Positions 28,140 to 41,509 of a stretch of 64,000 nucleotides of DNA are shown here, in pieces. The translations under genes were made by a program, and so were the position numbers. The stretch is from Chiloscyllium plagiosum (Eukaryota): contig NC_057748.1 of NCBI RefSeq assembly GCF_004010195.1, positions 4,787,374 through 4,851,373 on the forward strand. The letters run 5' to 3'. Below the pieces are notes generated by a model. That model saw only the letters and a program-made list of their open reading frames with translations. It searched no databases and had not been told where the DNA came from. Every line of letters starts with the position of its first letter. Positions within the stretch are counted from its first letter, which is position 1.

Positions 28140-28825
28140 TGATGGACCCAAGGGTTCAGGTGCATAGTTTTTTGATAGTTGCATCATTGGGAGACAGGGT
28201 GGTTAAGACGTTTAACATGCTTTCCTTCATTGCTCAGATCATTGAGTGTAAGAGTTGGGACGCCATGTTGAAGTTGTACAAGATGTTGATGAGGCTTCTT
28301 CTGGAATACTGTGTATAGTTCTAGTCACCTGCCATAGGAAGAAGGTTCAGAACAGATTTATCAGGATGTTGCCAGAACTAAGATTTCAGTTATAAGGAGA
28401 GGATGGATAGGCTGGGATTTTCTTTCCCAGGAGCAGAGAAGCTGAAGGGTGGTCTTATAGACATTTGTAAAATTGTGAAGGGCATAAAAAGGTGAATGGC
28501 AAAGGTTTTTTTTCCCTAGAGTGGGTGAGTTCAAAATTAGTTGGTATATTTTAAAGGTGAGAGGAGAAAAGATTTAAAAGGGACCTGAGAGCCAACCTTT
28601 TCACACAGAGGATGGTTTGTACGCGGAGTGAACTGCCAGAGGAAGCTGTGGATGTAAGTACTGTTGCAATATGTAAAAGATATTTGGACAGGTACATGAA
28701 TAGGAAAGGGAGATGGGAGAATTTATTTGGAGGGAAATGGGCCAATTGCCGGCAAGCGGGACTACTTTAATTTGGGAAACGTGGTCAGCATGGATGAGTT
28801 GACCTGAAGGGTTTGTTTCCGTACA
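28140..28825 (+). mobile_element. CR1/HER1 LINE 3' fragment
   Basis: GVQVH...LKLYK...LLEYCV motif and family 3' UTR. Confidence 0.85.
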
Positions 28826-29183
28826 GTGGAATTTCAACCAGGACTGTACAGTCAATGCACTATCTCATTCCTGCCTGAATTGTATTATATGTACTCATGC
28901 AATGAATGTTGTAGGCTCAGTTGTGTCACTACATGGCTGCATCTGAATTCCAACACTGCGTACCAGAATGGTTCATGGTTAAGTCTCTACAAGGAAGATG
29001 GGGGAGAAGTGGCCAACTTCACAGGACCAATAGCCTACTGTGCAGGACAGAACCAGGCACTGCTTGTTCTGCTGATAAAGGCTGCCTGACCACCCGTGGT
29101 TATTAAAGTTACTAAATTAAAAACAGCCAGGAGGACAGTGAAACTGATGTATTGTATCTATACGACCCTTGGATGGATGGTCT

Positions 29184-29403
29184 CAGAGTCAAGATTAGAG
29201 TGGTGTTGGAAAAGCACAGCATGTCAGGCAGCATCTGAGGAGCAGGAAAATCAATGTTTCAGGTAAAAGCCCTTCATCAGGAATGACATTACCCGAAATG
29301 TTGATTTTCCTGCTCCTCGGATGCTGCCTGACCTGCTGTGCTTTTCCAGCACCACTCTAATCTTGACTCTGATCTCCAGCATCTGCAGTCCTCACTTTTG
29401 CCT
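29184..29403. mobile_element. Palindromic Penelope-derived element
   Basis: Inverted arms around ~29285, flanked by the direct repeat ggatg(g/a)tctcaga; same family as 40195, 45336 and 63600. Confidence 0.75.
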
Positions 29404-30485
29404 GGATGATCTCAGAATCATGAGGGTCCTGGTCAGGACACTAATTTTCAGAAGAAAATATACACGTGTTTGAAAACCATTGGCAGCATAATCTACGAAC
29501 AACCATCACTGAAGCAGGACCCATTGAGCTTGAAGTTCAGGGAAGGGGGACAGATCCCCCTCAGTTACTGTAACTGTCCCTCACCACTGTGGGTAATACC
29601 ACATCGGAGTCTGAGGCAGCTTTGTGTTGTAATTTTATGACGTGATGCTGCAGTGTTAAATTGACTGAGTGACAAATACAGACCTAGATTGCATTCACAG
29701 TCGAGATTGTAATCACTGTGTTGGCTGGTGTTGATCCAGGGTGGACAATGGGCAACACCGGCATTTATTGCCTATCCCTAATTGCCCTTCAGAAGGTGTG
29801 TCTAACTGAGTGGCTTTCAAAACCACTTTAGGAACAATTAGGAAACATCCCATGGGCCTGGAATCACCAATAGGGCAGGTTGGACAAGCCAAGCAGATTT
29901 CCTCTTCAAAAGGCATTCGCTCCAATTACATTTTTCACAACAATCGATAATTTCCTGCTTACAGTATGGAAATGGTTTAAGGCACCTTTTTGTGCTACAG
30001 CCACAGTGATGCAAAGAACCTGCACAGTAGCCCCAGTCATTGGAGTTAGTAATTGTATTGTACAGGCTGGGAGAAAAGGTTCTTCTGCCAAATACCAAGG
30101 GGATGGCATTTATGTGGTGATGGATAAATACAGAATGGAGAAAAGGAGCAGAAGGAATTGTTGATTAAGTAAGCGGCAGATGGTTCATTTGTGCCTTAAA
30201 GATATCTGGAGCTGTGGGGACGGTCTTTGTATTGTGTTTAATATCCATGCAATTCAATATATCAATGAAACCAATTCCCTTCCAACTGGCTGTATCTGTA
30301 TCATTTCAAAGAGATTAATGAAGTAAAGAAGTGAGAAGTGATGATGTTGAATTAATATTGAGCTAACCATAATCTAAATAAATCGAGAACCAATTTCTAG
30401 GTCAAAAGGCAGTGTGGAGGTTCAAGTCTAAATAAACACGGTTTCACTTTGAGGACTCAGGTTGCACCAGTGCACTGGAATACAG

Positions 30486-30785
30486 GGCAGCACGGTGGCA
30501 CAGTGGTTAGCACTGCTGCCTCACAGCACCAGAGACCCGGGATCAATTCCCAACTCAGGCAACTGTGTGGAGTTTGTACATTCTCCCTGTGTCTGCGTGG
30601 GTTTCCTCCGGGTGCTCCGGTTTCCTCCCACAGTCCAAAGATATGCAGGTTAGGTGAATTGGTCAGGCTAAATTGCCCATAGTGTTAGGTGAAGGGGTAA
30701 ATGTAGGGGAATGGGTGGGTGGCGGGTCGGTGTGGACTTGTTGGGCTGAAGGGCCTGTTTCCACACTGTAAGTAATCTAATCTAA
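30486..30785 (+). mobile_element. HE1-type SINE
   Basis: Head gggcagcacggtggcacagtgg, tail taatctaatct. Confidence 0.9.
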
Positions 30786-32289
30786 GACAATCACTGGAAT
30801 TGTCAACATTAAGATCTGATTTAGCACTGAACCTTGTGTCCAATCTCCACTTACTTGCACCTTGTATCCTGCAACTTACAAACGGGGGTCAGAATAGGCA
30901 AGAAATGCAAGCAGCTGGAGACCATTCAGCCCATCAAGCCTGCTCCATCATTTAGCACGATCATGACTGATCTCGGGCTTCAATTCCACATTCCCACCCA
31001 ATTCCCCCATATCGCTTCAATCCTAGTCAGTGACGATTCCCTGTTTCACACGTGTTAATGTCATCTACAATGCTATGATTCATGAGAGTGGCAAGTAATT
31101 GCAAAGAAACTTTATCAGGGAGATATTCTACTGAGAGATGATTAAAAGCATTTACAGTGACTGGTCCTATTTACAGAATACTCCAACAACATTGTGCATG
31201 GTCTGGTTTTATTGATTAAATTCTTTGAATTACATGCGATGGCAGTGAGTGCTTCATCACTATTGAAGGGTTAGGGATTTCTCACAGAATGGACATCCCA
31301 ATTTTACACAGTGCTCAAACAATTGGTACTGAGAAAACTATGTAAGAACGAAAGCAGGAGAGTTGGAAGATTACCAATTGCCAATTTAGAAGGTGTGCTC
31401 AGAGTGGGGTCCTGCAGGTCAGCTGAGTTCCACGGTGCTAAGTTATTGAGTTACTACTTGAGCTTGTACTTCAGAAATGGAGCAGTTCCAGATCCCAGGA
31501 AATCACTAGAGGAGGTGGGGGAGAAAGGAGAGTAGAGTCTGGATGTACCTAGATTTTCAATTGCCTTGGCCAGGTTCCATGGTTGGGGGATGGGAGGGGA
31601 TGTAAACAACTTGAAGGTCCGTTGCTGTGTCACCATTTTGATTGCTGAAAAAGGACACATTTTTCTCAATGCTTTGTGTCTTGCACTCAAAAGGACCATT
31701 TGCAAGATATACTAATTCACAAGCAAAACCAATATTTATACTGCATGAGAGGAGAGTACTAATTGGTTGAGAAGAGGACAACTATTGGTAGAGGGGTTTC
31801 CATGAAGAATGTGTGAGTTAGTGATGACTGACAGTTAACTGTAAGCCTCTGTTTAAATTTTGGACCAGACAGCTTGCATCTGATTGGTTACTGAGAAATG
31901 AATCAGTAAAGGGTCGTCACCTATTTTGGTTGAAAATTCAGACAGAGTCTGGCAGTTAGCTGCCAATCACATTAACTAGTGCATTCTCCATAGCAACACC
32001 TCGTTCCATTGCAATTAACTTGTCAAATAATTAGGATTCTCCTCTTGTTGGGTTTGCCCTTTAGACTGGTATTTTTGCAAACTGTGAATAAAAGATGAAA
32101 AGCTTTGTTGAGGAAGTCTTCACCAGTGCTCAATTTCTATGCTACAAAAAACAATTTTGATTTAATTTGACGTATAGTAGGACAGGACAACAAGGGATGG
32201 GCAGAATCATTTAGGAGGCACCAGCTAGTAATCATGTCCTTGTTAACAGATCAGGTTGTGAGGGAGCAGCTGCATGCAGACATCTTCAT

Positions 32290-32722
32290 TTTGGGGAAGT
32301 CCAGAACTAGAGGCCATGGGTTTAAGGTGAGAGGTGAAAGATTTAAAAGGGACCTAACGGGCAACTTTTTCATGCAGAGACTGGTGTGTGTATGGAATGA
32401 GGAAGTGGTGGAGGCTGGTACAAATACAGCATTTAAAAGACATCTGGATGGGTATACGAATAGGAAGGGTTCAGAGGGAAATGGGCCAGGTGCTGGCAAA
32501 TGGGACTAGATTAATTTAGGATGTCTGGTCAGCATGGATGAGTCGGACCGAAGGGTCTGTTTCCGAGCTGCATTTAAAAGACATCTGGATGGGTATACGA
32601 ATAGGAAGGGTTCAGAGGGAAATGGGCCAGGTGCTGGCAAATGGGACTAGATTAATTTAGGATGTCTGGTCAGCATGGACGAGTCGGAACGAAGGGTCTG
32701 TTTCCGAGCTGTACAGCTCTAT
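32290..32722 (+). mobile_element. CR1 3' fragment with an internal 141-bp tandem duplication (32429-32569 / 32570-32710)
   Basis: SRTRGHGFKVRGERFK motif; duplicated block read directly. Confidence 0.85.
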
Positions 32723-33059
32723 GAGTGGTAGAGACTCACTGAGGGCCATACAATCTCTTCCTGTTCCAAACCAGTCTGTGACCTTTGGAAAAATTTCTTC
32801 GAGTGAGTTATTACCCTAGTCAAAGTCAGGAACTTGTTACTCTGCTGCCTAGTTATTCAATGAAAGGAGTTGTACACAGTGGCAATCCAGCAATGTTAGC
32901 TGCTAAACTAAATTGGCAAACAGTGGGGAGTTTTCTAATGGGTATCAAACGACAGAGAATTCTAGAACCAGACAATATGTCTTCAGGCTCTGGAGAATTT
33001 TTTGAGAAATAGATGCTGTCAATGAGTTGGAAGGTGTGAGGAGTCTGGTGTTGCATGGT

Positions 33060-33293
<234 letters not shown>

Positions 33294-34647
33294 TCAGGCA
33301 AGGACAAGTTGTACGATTTTGTTTACTGTCCCCTATTTTGAGCAAAGGGGAATGTGAGCAAAAGAACAGGAATTATTCACCTGAATCTGTTCCCCACCTG
33401 ACAATGAGATCACGATGAGCTTCTACATAAGTCCACTTCCCATCTTAGAATCAAACAGTACAGAAGAGGCCTTTCAGCCCATTATGTCTGTACAGGAAAA
33501 TACACTGCCACCTACTCTAGTCCCATTTTCTCCCACCAGGCCCATTGCCTTGAATGTTGGAACACTTCAAGTGTTCATCCAAACACTGTTTTTTAAAAGG
33601 TTGTGAGGTTTCCTGCCTCAACTCCTCTCCCAGGCAGCGCATTACTGACCTTCACCACACTCCTGATAAAACAAGTTTTCCTCAAATCCCCCTCTAAAGC
33701 TCCTGCCTTTCACTTTAAAATTATGCCCGCCACATTATTGACCCTTCATCTAAAGGAAACAGCTGCTTTCCATCCATCCTGTCCATGTTACTGATAAACA
33801 AACACACCTCTATCAGGTTGCCCCCAGCCTTCTGTGCTCCAAAGAAAACAACCCAAGCTTATCCAGCCTCTCTTCATCGCTGACATGCTCCATCCCAGGC
33901 AACATTCTGGTGAATCTCCTCTGCACCCCCTTTAGTCTAGTCTATAGTGAAGTGACCAGAACTGCACACAGTACTCCAGCTATGGCCTAACCAAAGTTCT
34001 GTACAGCTCCAACGTGACTTTCCAGATCTTAAGAGCAATGCAATGGTTGATAAAGGCAAGCATCCTTTATGCCTCCTCAACTAATCTCTTACTCTGACCC
34101 TATAACCCATGGCTCTGGACTCTCCAATCAGGGGAACAGCCTCTCTGTATCTGCCCTGTCAAACTCTCTAGGAACACTAAGTTTCAATAGACTTGTCTCT
34201 CATTTTTCTAACTCCAAATAACATAATCACTTTCTCATCAATCTCTACAGGCCCATTCTATTCATTTGTAAGTTCATAGGAGTATAGAAAACAGGAGCAG
34301 AAGTAGGCCATTCAGCCCTTCTGTTCCTCCATCAACTAAACCATGGCTAATCTTCTACCTCAACACCATTTATCTCACTTGATGTTTTAAAGATTGTTAG
34401 ACTTGTAGAACTCCGATGGCTTGACTCCACAGCTCTCTGGTTGAGAGAATTCCACCACTCTGCAAATGGAGAAGTTCATATTCTGTCAGTCCTAAATGTC
34501 CTTTTAGTCTGAGGCTGTGTCCCCTGATTCTAGATCACTGTCCTCCAGCCACAGGAAACATCCTTCCTGTTCATACTCTCATGTTACCTGGAAGAACACT
34601 GCTTTCTTCGATGAGATCACCTTTCGTTCTTCAGAACTGTTGATCAT

Positions 34648-34978
34648 CATAGAATCCCTACAGAGTGGATATAGGCCATTTCGTCCTATAAGTCCACACT
34701 GACCCTCTGAAGAGTATCCCACCCAGACCCATTCCCCTACATTTACCCCTGACTAATGAACCTAACCTATATATCCCTGAACACTATGGGCAATATAGTA
34801 TGGCCAATTCACCTAACATGTACATCTTTGGACTGTGGGAGGAAACCGGAGCACCCGGAGGAAACCCACACTGACATGGGAATAATGAGCAAACTCCACG
34901 CAGACAGTCGCCTGAGGCTGAAATCGAACCCGGGTTCCTGGCGCTGTGAGGTAGCAGTGCTAACCACTGAGCCACCAC
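34648..34978 (-). mobile_element. HE1-type SINE
   Basis: Reverse complement of the SINE consensus seen at 20958. Confidence 0.85.
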
Positions 34979-35499
34979 ATAGGAAGCATGGGCTCCTCAA
35001 GCTGTCCTCATGCAACAATCCTGTCACCTCCGGGATTATTAACCACTGGCATCCACCAAAACATATCCTCCTTCCAAAAACTGAGTGATTTCATACATCA
35101 TTGTCACCACTAAAGGGGCCATGATTGGCAAGTCCGCAAGTAACTCTAAATCTCTTTGTCTGAAAGGATTGAATTGACATATCTGAATGGAGCAGCAAGC
35201 CAAAGAGAGTGGAAGGGCTTCAAGCATTCAGTTAAAAAGAGACGTGAGAGCACTTGTAGTTACAAAAGCTCCTGAGCCTGTCGGAGCAGCCAAACTTGCC
35301 ACAAATAGTGAGGCCATTCCAAATGGCACACTTGCAGCACTTCTATTTCCTGACCATCCATGTTAACATGGTTTTCAGAGACCGTCACAATATCAATTTT
35401 ATGCAAAATAAAAACTCAATCTCTCTCCACCAACACATTACAAGTTGAATTCCAACAACCCAACAAACTTAGGTTATATTTCTTTTACTGAATACGTAC

Positions 35500-35625
35500 A
35501 TGAGGGTCACTTCTATCCTTCGAGAGTTTGTACAGCTCCAGCAGGCTTTGGTTAATGTTCTTCTCCAACTGCAGAGCACACTGCATTGCCTGCAGACCAC
35601 TGTCCCAGTCATCTTGTTCTGGTCT
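35500..35625 (-). CDS. Ferritin A exon 3
   Basis: [42 protein letters not shown] (126 nt, standard size); TAG acceptor, GTACGT donor. Confidence 0.95.
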
Positions 35626-35858
35626 CTAGAGAGAAAAGTTAGTGATAATCAGGACAAACAAAGAACGCATGGGGAATCCCTGGAATCTAACTATCCAGTT
35701 ATTCTTCACAACATCGATTCCTGGAATGAAAGGACTGTCTTATGAGGAAAACATAAGCTGTTTGGACCAGTGCACATGGGAGTTTCGAAGAATGAGATGT
35801 GATTTTATTGAAAGAAGCATCACAAAATATACTGGACAGGGTGAGTGCTGAAAGTATA

Positions 35859-36436
35859 TCTTACAGACTAGGCCAGACCCCCTCAAAATATTTCAAGAAG
35901 GTAGCCTAGGCCCTAATGTTTTCTTATTTTAAAGGCAGGTGTGTAGTGGGTATTCCAGGTGTGATGCAGCTGGTCAAACCACTCGGCATTAAGTGAAACA
36001 GAATTTGTTTAAACATTACAGTTGAAACACGAACAAAAGAAAATAGAATTTAGAACGACTTAACTATTTGAAAACTTAACCGATTCGATACAACAACCTA
36101 ACTAAGGAGCTGTTCTGTAACCTCCCATAAACACACCCCTTGGTAAAAGGTAAACTCAAACACAGGTTCTTACAGGCAGGAGAGATTTCAGAGACAAAAG
36201 TCAGGCAGGGATCATCTGCTGAAACATCGAACCTTTTTTGCACTGTGGTAACTTCTGCTATAGCTACCAGCAGGTTCACTGCTACAACTAAACCAAACTA
36301 GAAAAAACCTGAACTGGGAGTACTGGCCACTCCGCTGCCACTGTTAAAGTAGAAATGTCGGCACCTCTGCCTTTATGACCCCTCTTGAAAAAAACCAAGG
36401 ACAAAATAAATTTCTTAAAGTGATGGCATTGTCACA
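35859..36436 (-). mobile_element. Probable solo LTR (~580 bp) interrupting a CR1 fragment
   Basis: Minus strand begins TGTGAC and ends TGTAAGA (imperfect TG..CA termini). CR1-like sequence stops at ~35855 and resumes at ~36437. Confidence 0.45.
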
Positions 36437-37077
36437 GATGTCTCGCCTTGTACGGGAGTTCTCTATCCCAAATAGCAATGAAGACAGGGTCATTCAATAC
36501 ATTCAAGGCTGAGTTAGATTTTTAATTATGACCGTCAAGGATTATAGGGAGTAGGTAGGAGTTAAGACCAGGATCACATCAGTCCAGACTTTATTGAATA
36601 CCAGAGCAGGCTCAAGGGTCTTAATAACCTACTCTTGCTCCTGTTTCTCATGTCAGAATCTTACACAATTTTCCAGCAAGCTTTTTGATGGGCAGTAACT
36701 TTGCAGAGAGTGAGACAATGGGCAGTAACATGGGAATGAAGGCTTTTTGGTTAAGCAAAGTTATTAAGGAATATGGGCCAAAGCTGCAATATGGAGTTAG
36801 GCCACAGATCAACTATGCTCCCATTAGATGGCAGAATAAGGGGATGCCGAGTTAATATACAGCTTTGGGGTTGAAATACAACAGAGAATGAGGCTACGAG
36901 AAACAATACAGGGCTACTGCTATACCAACATGTTAATGTCCTAATCTCAGAAGAGCATTCCATCTGCCTCTATGTGATCATTCATTCTCAGAATGATGGA
37001 GTAATGAATAGAGAATAAATTTGTTCAAGAATTCTTCCAGAGCTGAGTGTAAAACAGCATGGGTTATACAATCATAG

Positions 37078-38300
37078 GGTCATAGAGTTATACAGCACAG
37101 AAACAGACCCTTAAGCCAAACTCATTCATGCCAATCTGATGTCCTAACCTAATCTAGTCCCATTTGCCAGAACTTGGCCCATATCCCTCAAAACCCTTCC
37201 TATTCACGTACCTACCCAGATACTTTTAAATATTGTCATTGTACAACCTCCACCGCTTCCTCTGGCAGCTCATTCTATCCATGCACCACCCTCTGCGTGA
37301 AAATGTTGCCCTTTAGGTTCCTTCTAAATCTTGCCCCTCTCACCTTAAACAAATGCCCTCTCGTTCTGGACTCCCCCATCCAGGGAAAGGGCCATATCTA
37401 TTTACCCTATCCATGCACCCCATGATTTTATAAACCTCTATAAGGTCACCCCTCAACCTCCGATGGCCCAGGGAAAAGAGCCTCAGCCTATTCAGCCTCT
37501 CCCTATAGCTCAAACCCTCCAAAACTGGCAACATCCTTGTAAATCTTTTCTGAATATCTTTACTATAGCAGGGAGACCAGAATTGAATGCAGTTTTCCAA
37601 AACTAGCCGAACCAATGTCCTGTACAATCACAACATGATGTCAATAGCTAGTTTGTTTTGGACCCTTTGAAACAAGTGAATGGGTTCACTCTTTACCTTT
37701 AGTAGTGCAGATCTTGATTGTTGCTGGAAAAAGAGACATTTTGTCGAAGCAATTGTTATAGAATCATAGAGTCATACAGCATAGAAACAAACCCTTTGGT
37801 CTAACTAGTCCACATCAACCATGTTCCTAAACTAAACTAATCTCACCTGCCCACATTTGACCCATATTCCTCCAAACCTTTCCTAATCATTAACCTGTCC
37901 AAATGTCTTTTAATTGCTGTAACTGTACCTACATTCACCACTTCCTGTGGCAGTTCATTTCACACACTAACCACTCTGTGTAAAAAAGTTGCTCATGTTC
38001 TTTTTAAACCTTTCTCCTCTCTCACCTTAAAAATATGCCCCCCCCCACCAGTTTTGAACTCTCCCCAAAGCAGGGAAAAGACCTTTGCTATTCACCTTAT
38101 CTATACCCCTCTTGATTTTACAAACCTCTACAAAGTTACCCCTCAGCCTCCTACACTCTAGTAAAAAAATCCCAGCCTACCTTTTAATTCAAACCCTCCA
38201 TCCCTGGCAACATCCTGATTAGTCTTTTCTGAACCGAACCCAATTCAATAATATCCTTCCTATAGCAGGGCGACCACAGCTGTACATGTACTCCAGAAGA
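37078..38300 (-). mobile_element. Two CR1/HER1 3' fragments (37078-37640, 37760-38300)
   Basis: LYRTLVR..LE.C.QFWSP...QKRFTRMLP.LEGLSYRERLNRL...RRLRGDLIEVYKIM. Confidence 0.9.
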
Positions 38301-38690
38301 AGCCTCGTTTTTGCACTCTTCAGGTCTGATGCAAGAATGCCAAATACCAAACACAGGGCCCCACCCTCTGCAAACAGAAAGAAAACACCCAGGTTATATG
38401 CCTTTTACAATTAAACAAAAGCACTGGGGACAACAGTTGCCCATTGCATTATCTAGAGCAATGCCTTGAGCAACGAGAGTTCATTTGCCAACTAATCAGT
38501 ATCTTCGTCTCATGTAGCAAAAGTTGTTGCTCCCTTTGAAAACTGGCATTCTTGCATCTGTCCTGATTAATGTAAAATGTAATATTTCAACAATGTGTCA
38601 ACTTAATCAGTGACACGTAAGTAGACATTAAGTTTGCAACATTTGGCATATAACAAATCTGTTCCTATTGGTTGCTTTCGACAGGCTAAC

Positions 38691-38837
38691 CTTGATATCT
38701 TGCAGGGCGATGTGACCTCCTCGTTGATTCTGGAATTTCATCAGATTCTCCGCTTGCTCACGTTCCTTGTTTGACTGCTTCTTGAAGAACTTCACAAAGT
38801 TGTCCAGGGCAATAGATCCTTGGTCAAAGTAATAGGA
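38691..38837 (-). CDS. Ferritin A exon 2
   Basis: [49 protein letters not shown] (147 nt); CAG acceptor, GTTAG donor. Confidence 0.95.
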
Positions 38838-39442
38838 CTGCAGAACAGAGGACAGGATGGGGTGAAATGAAAGGAAAATCAATTTAACGGGTTTCCAAAG
38901 TATGATTATCTGCTTGCCAGCATGGGAAAGATACAGAGGGATTCTATTTTATTCATTCTTAGGGTACACATGTCGCTAAGAATGGCCAGCATTTTTTGCC
39001 TGTCCCTAATTGCCCCTTGAGAAAGTGGTGGTGAGCTGTCTTTTTGAACCACTGCAGTCCATGTGGTGTTAAGGAGAATTAAACATATTGTTGTGAGGCT
39101 GGAGTCACCTATAAGCCAATCCATGAAGATATAGCAGATTTTTTCCTCTTGAGAGGCAGGAGTGAACCAGATGGTTCAATAATCTCATAGTTTGATGGTC
39201 ATTAATACTTAGAATAGCATTTTAGCTTGGATTTATTCATCAATTGAAGTCAATCTGTGATGGTACTTGAAGTCATTGAATCATACAGTATAGAAGAGGC
39301 CCTTTAGCCCATCAAGTCTGTACTGTCAAAAATATATTGCTACCTTATTACCCTGTTCCCAGTTTATCTTGGCCTGATTCTCACATCCCAGACCATTGAG
39401 TCAGGTGTTTGGATTCTTAGTCCTGCAACATTACCACTACAC

Positions 39443-39804
39443 ACAGATGAAAAAAACCGCAATTTTGACTGGGACAACACATCTATCCGGGGACAGGCTA
39501 AGCAAAGACATGCCAGAGAATTCCTCGAGGCCTGGCCTCCAACCACAACGTCATAAACAAACACATAGATCTAGATACGATCTATCAACCCCTCAGAAAA
39601 CGAACAGGAAATGACATCACCACAAACCCCAGGAACCCCATCCAGGACAAACATATAAATAGAAAGCAGGAGACAACAGCTTCGCTTCACTTGGAGGTCG
39701 CCACTGATGATGTTACCTAGCCAGGTAATGAAACATCTGGATATCAAACGAGCAGACTTCCACCCTAAACCTCATAATGAGCTACAAACCTTGACAAACC
39801 TTGC
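39443..39804 (+). mobile_element. Penelope-like element 3' fragment
   Basis: Decayed GIY-YIG tail (AREFLEAW...INKHIDLD.IYQPLR); 15-bp TSD acattaccactacac at 39428-39442 and 39805-39819. Confidence 0.8.
39701..39740 (+). ncRNA. Minimal hammerhead-ribozyme-like motif
   Basis: CCA-CTGATGA-T-GTTACCT-AGCC-AGGTAAT-GAAAC-ATC-TGG. Confidence 0.6.
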
Positions 39805-40194
39805 ACATTACCACTACACTATCATCCCCATTGTTCTAATGCAGCCTCTAATCCTTATCTTAGAATCATACAATCATCAAATTATATAGTACTGAAGATG
39901 TCCTTCAACCCATTGAGTCTGTACTGTCAAAAATAGACTAAATCTGAACTCATTCCACTTTCTAGCACTTGGCCCACAGTCTTTAATGTTGTGACGCTTC
40001 AAATGCTCATCCAAGAACTGTTTTAAAGGTTCAGGTTTCCCACCTCCACTACCCTCTGGGCAGTACATTCCAGACCTCCTCCTACCCCTGCCTCCCAACC
40101 CCCACCACCCTCTGGGTGGGAAAAGAATTCCTCAATTTTTTATTATCACTGAGTCAAACAGTACTTTTTTGCAGTAGGCATCAGCAGGAGGAGA

Positions 40195-40497
40195 GTCTAG
40201 ATTAGAGTGGTGCTGGAAAAGCACAGCAGGTCAGGCCACATCCGAGGAGCAGGAAAATCGATGTTTTGTGATAGGTCAGAGAGGAGGGTGGAGCAGACAG
40301 GTGGGAAGGAAGACTGGCAGGTAGGACAGGTCATGAGGATGGTGCTGAGCTGGAAGGTTGGAACTGGGGTAAGGTGGGGGGAGGGGAAATGAGGAAACTG
40401 GTGAAGTCCACATTGATGCCCTGGGGTTGAAGTGTTCCGAGGCAGAAGATGAGGCGTTCTTCCTCCAGGCGTCGGCTGGTGAGGGAGTGGCAGTGGA
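40195..40497 (-). mobile_element. Penelope-like element fragment (second clade) with inverted terminal repeat
   Basis: Minus strand reads RRLEEERLIFCLGTLQPQGINVDF, a typical PLE GIY-YIG C-terminus, joined to the arm seen in the palindromes. Confidence 0.8.
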
Positions 40498-41509
40498 GCT
40501 GTTTCCCTCAGATTGTGCCATAATTGAGAAAAAAGGTCTCTTTAGAATCAGGATTATATCAGTAGCGTCCCAGTTTTAATGGCCAGTTGGTTATTATCAC
40601 ACATTGGAAGAGAAATGCCTCAGCTCCCTTCAGTTTACTGAGGCTTATAATCTGTTATCATTTTGTCAGAATCAATCCATTATTCTCATTGTACTAATAC
40701 GTGCTCGTTCCTATTCACTTGTTTGGGAAATCATGCGATAAACATATGTCCGATTTCATTATTTACAAGGCATTTTCATTCAGCTGTCATACCAACAGTC
40801 ATTAGCGAAGCTTAAAAATCAGTCTTCAGTTTGCTTATTGACATTTGAAACTTTGGAGGTGATTTCAGCTGCTTTGGGTAGGTCAATAATGAAGGCTGAG
40901 ACAGAAATTGCTGGAGAAACTCAGCAAGTCTGGCTGTAGAGAGAAAGCAGGGTTATCGTTTCAGGTCTTCTAGAATCATAGAGATTTACAGCACGGAAGC
41001 ACAGCCTTCAGTCCAACTCGTCAATGCCGACCAGATATCCCAACCTAATCTAGTTCCAATTGGTCCATATTCCCTCTAAAGCCTTCCTATTCATATATGC
41101 ATTCAGAGATCTCCAACAATTTCTGTTTTTATTTCAGTTTTCCTGCTTTGTTTTAGTAAAGGCTAAGAGAAGGTTCCCAACTGTCAAGTTCTCAAGTACC
41201 CCAGGTTTTTTAGTTTAAGATAACGTTTAATGGGTAACACAAGCACAAGTTAGATAGGACACATACAATATTCTTAAAGTGGTCTCACATTGAAGACAGT
41301 GTTAACCTGCACACCTGAGAATATAGTCTTAGCTCGTTAAAAATTCCTAATGATTGGAAGTTCTACTCCCAGAAATTATTGAATTGAATTAGTTTTATTG
41401 TCACATGGACTCAAAAGAGTACAATTAAAGTTTACAGTTGCTGCATTACTTAGGTATAAAAGTACAGATACTTAAAATCAAATTGTTTGACTTAAAAATC
41501 AGTTGTAGG

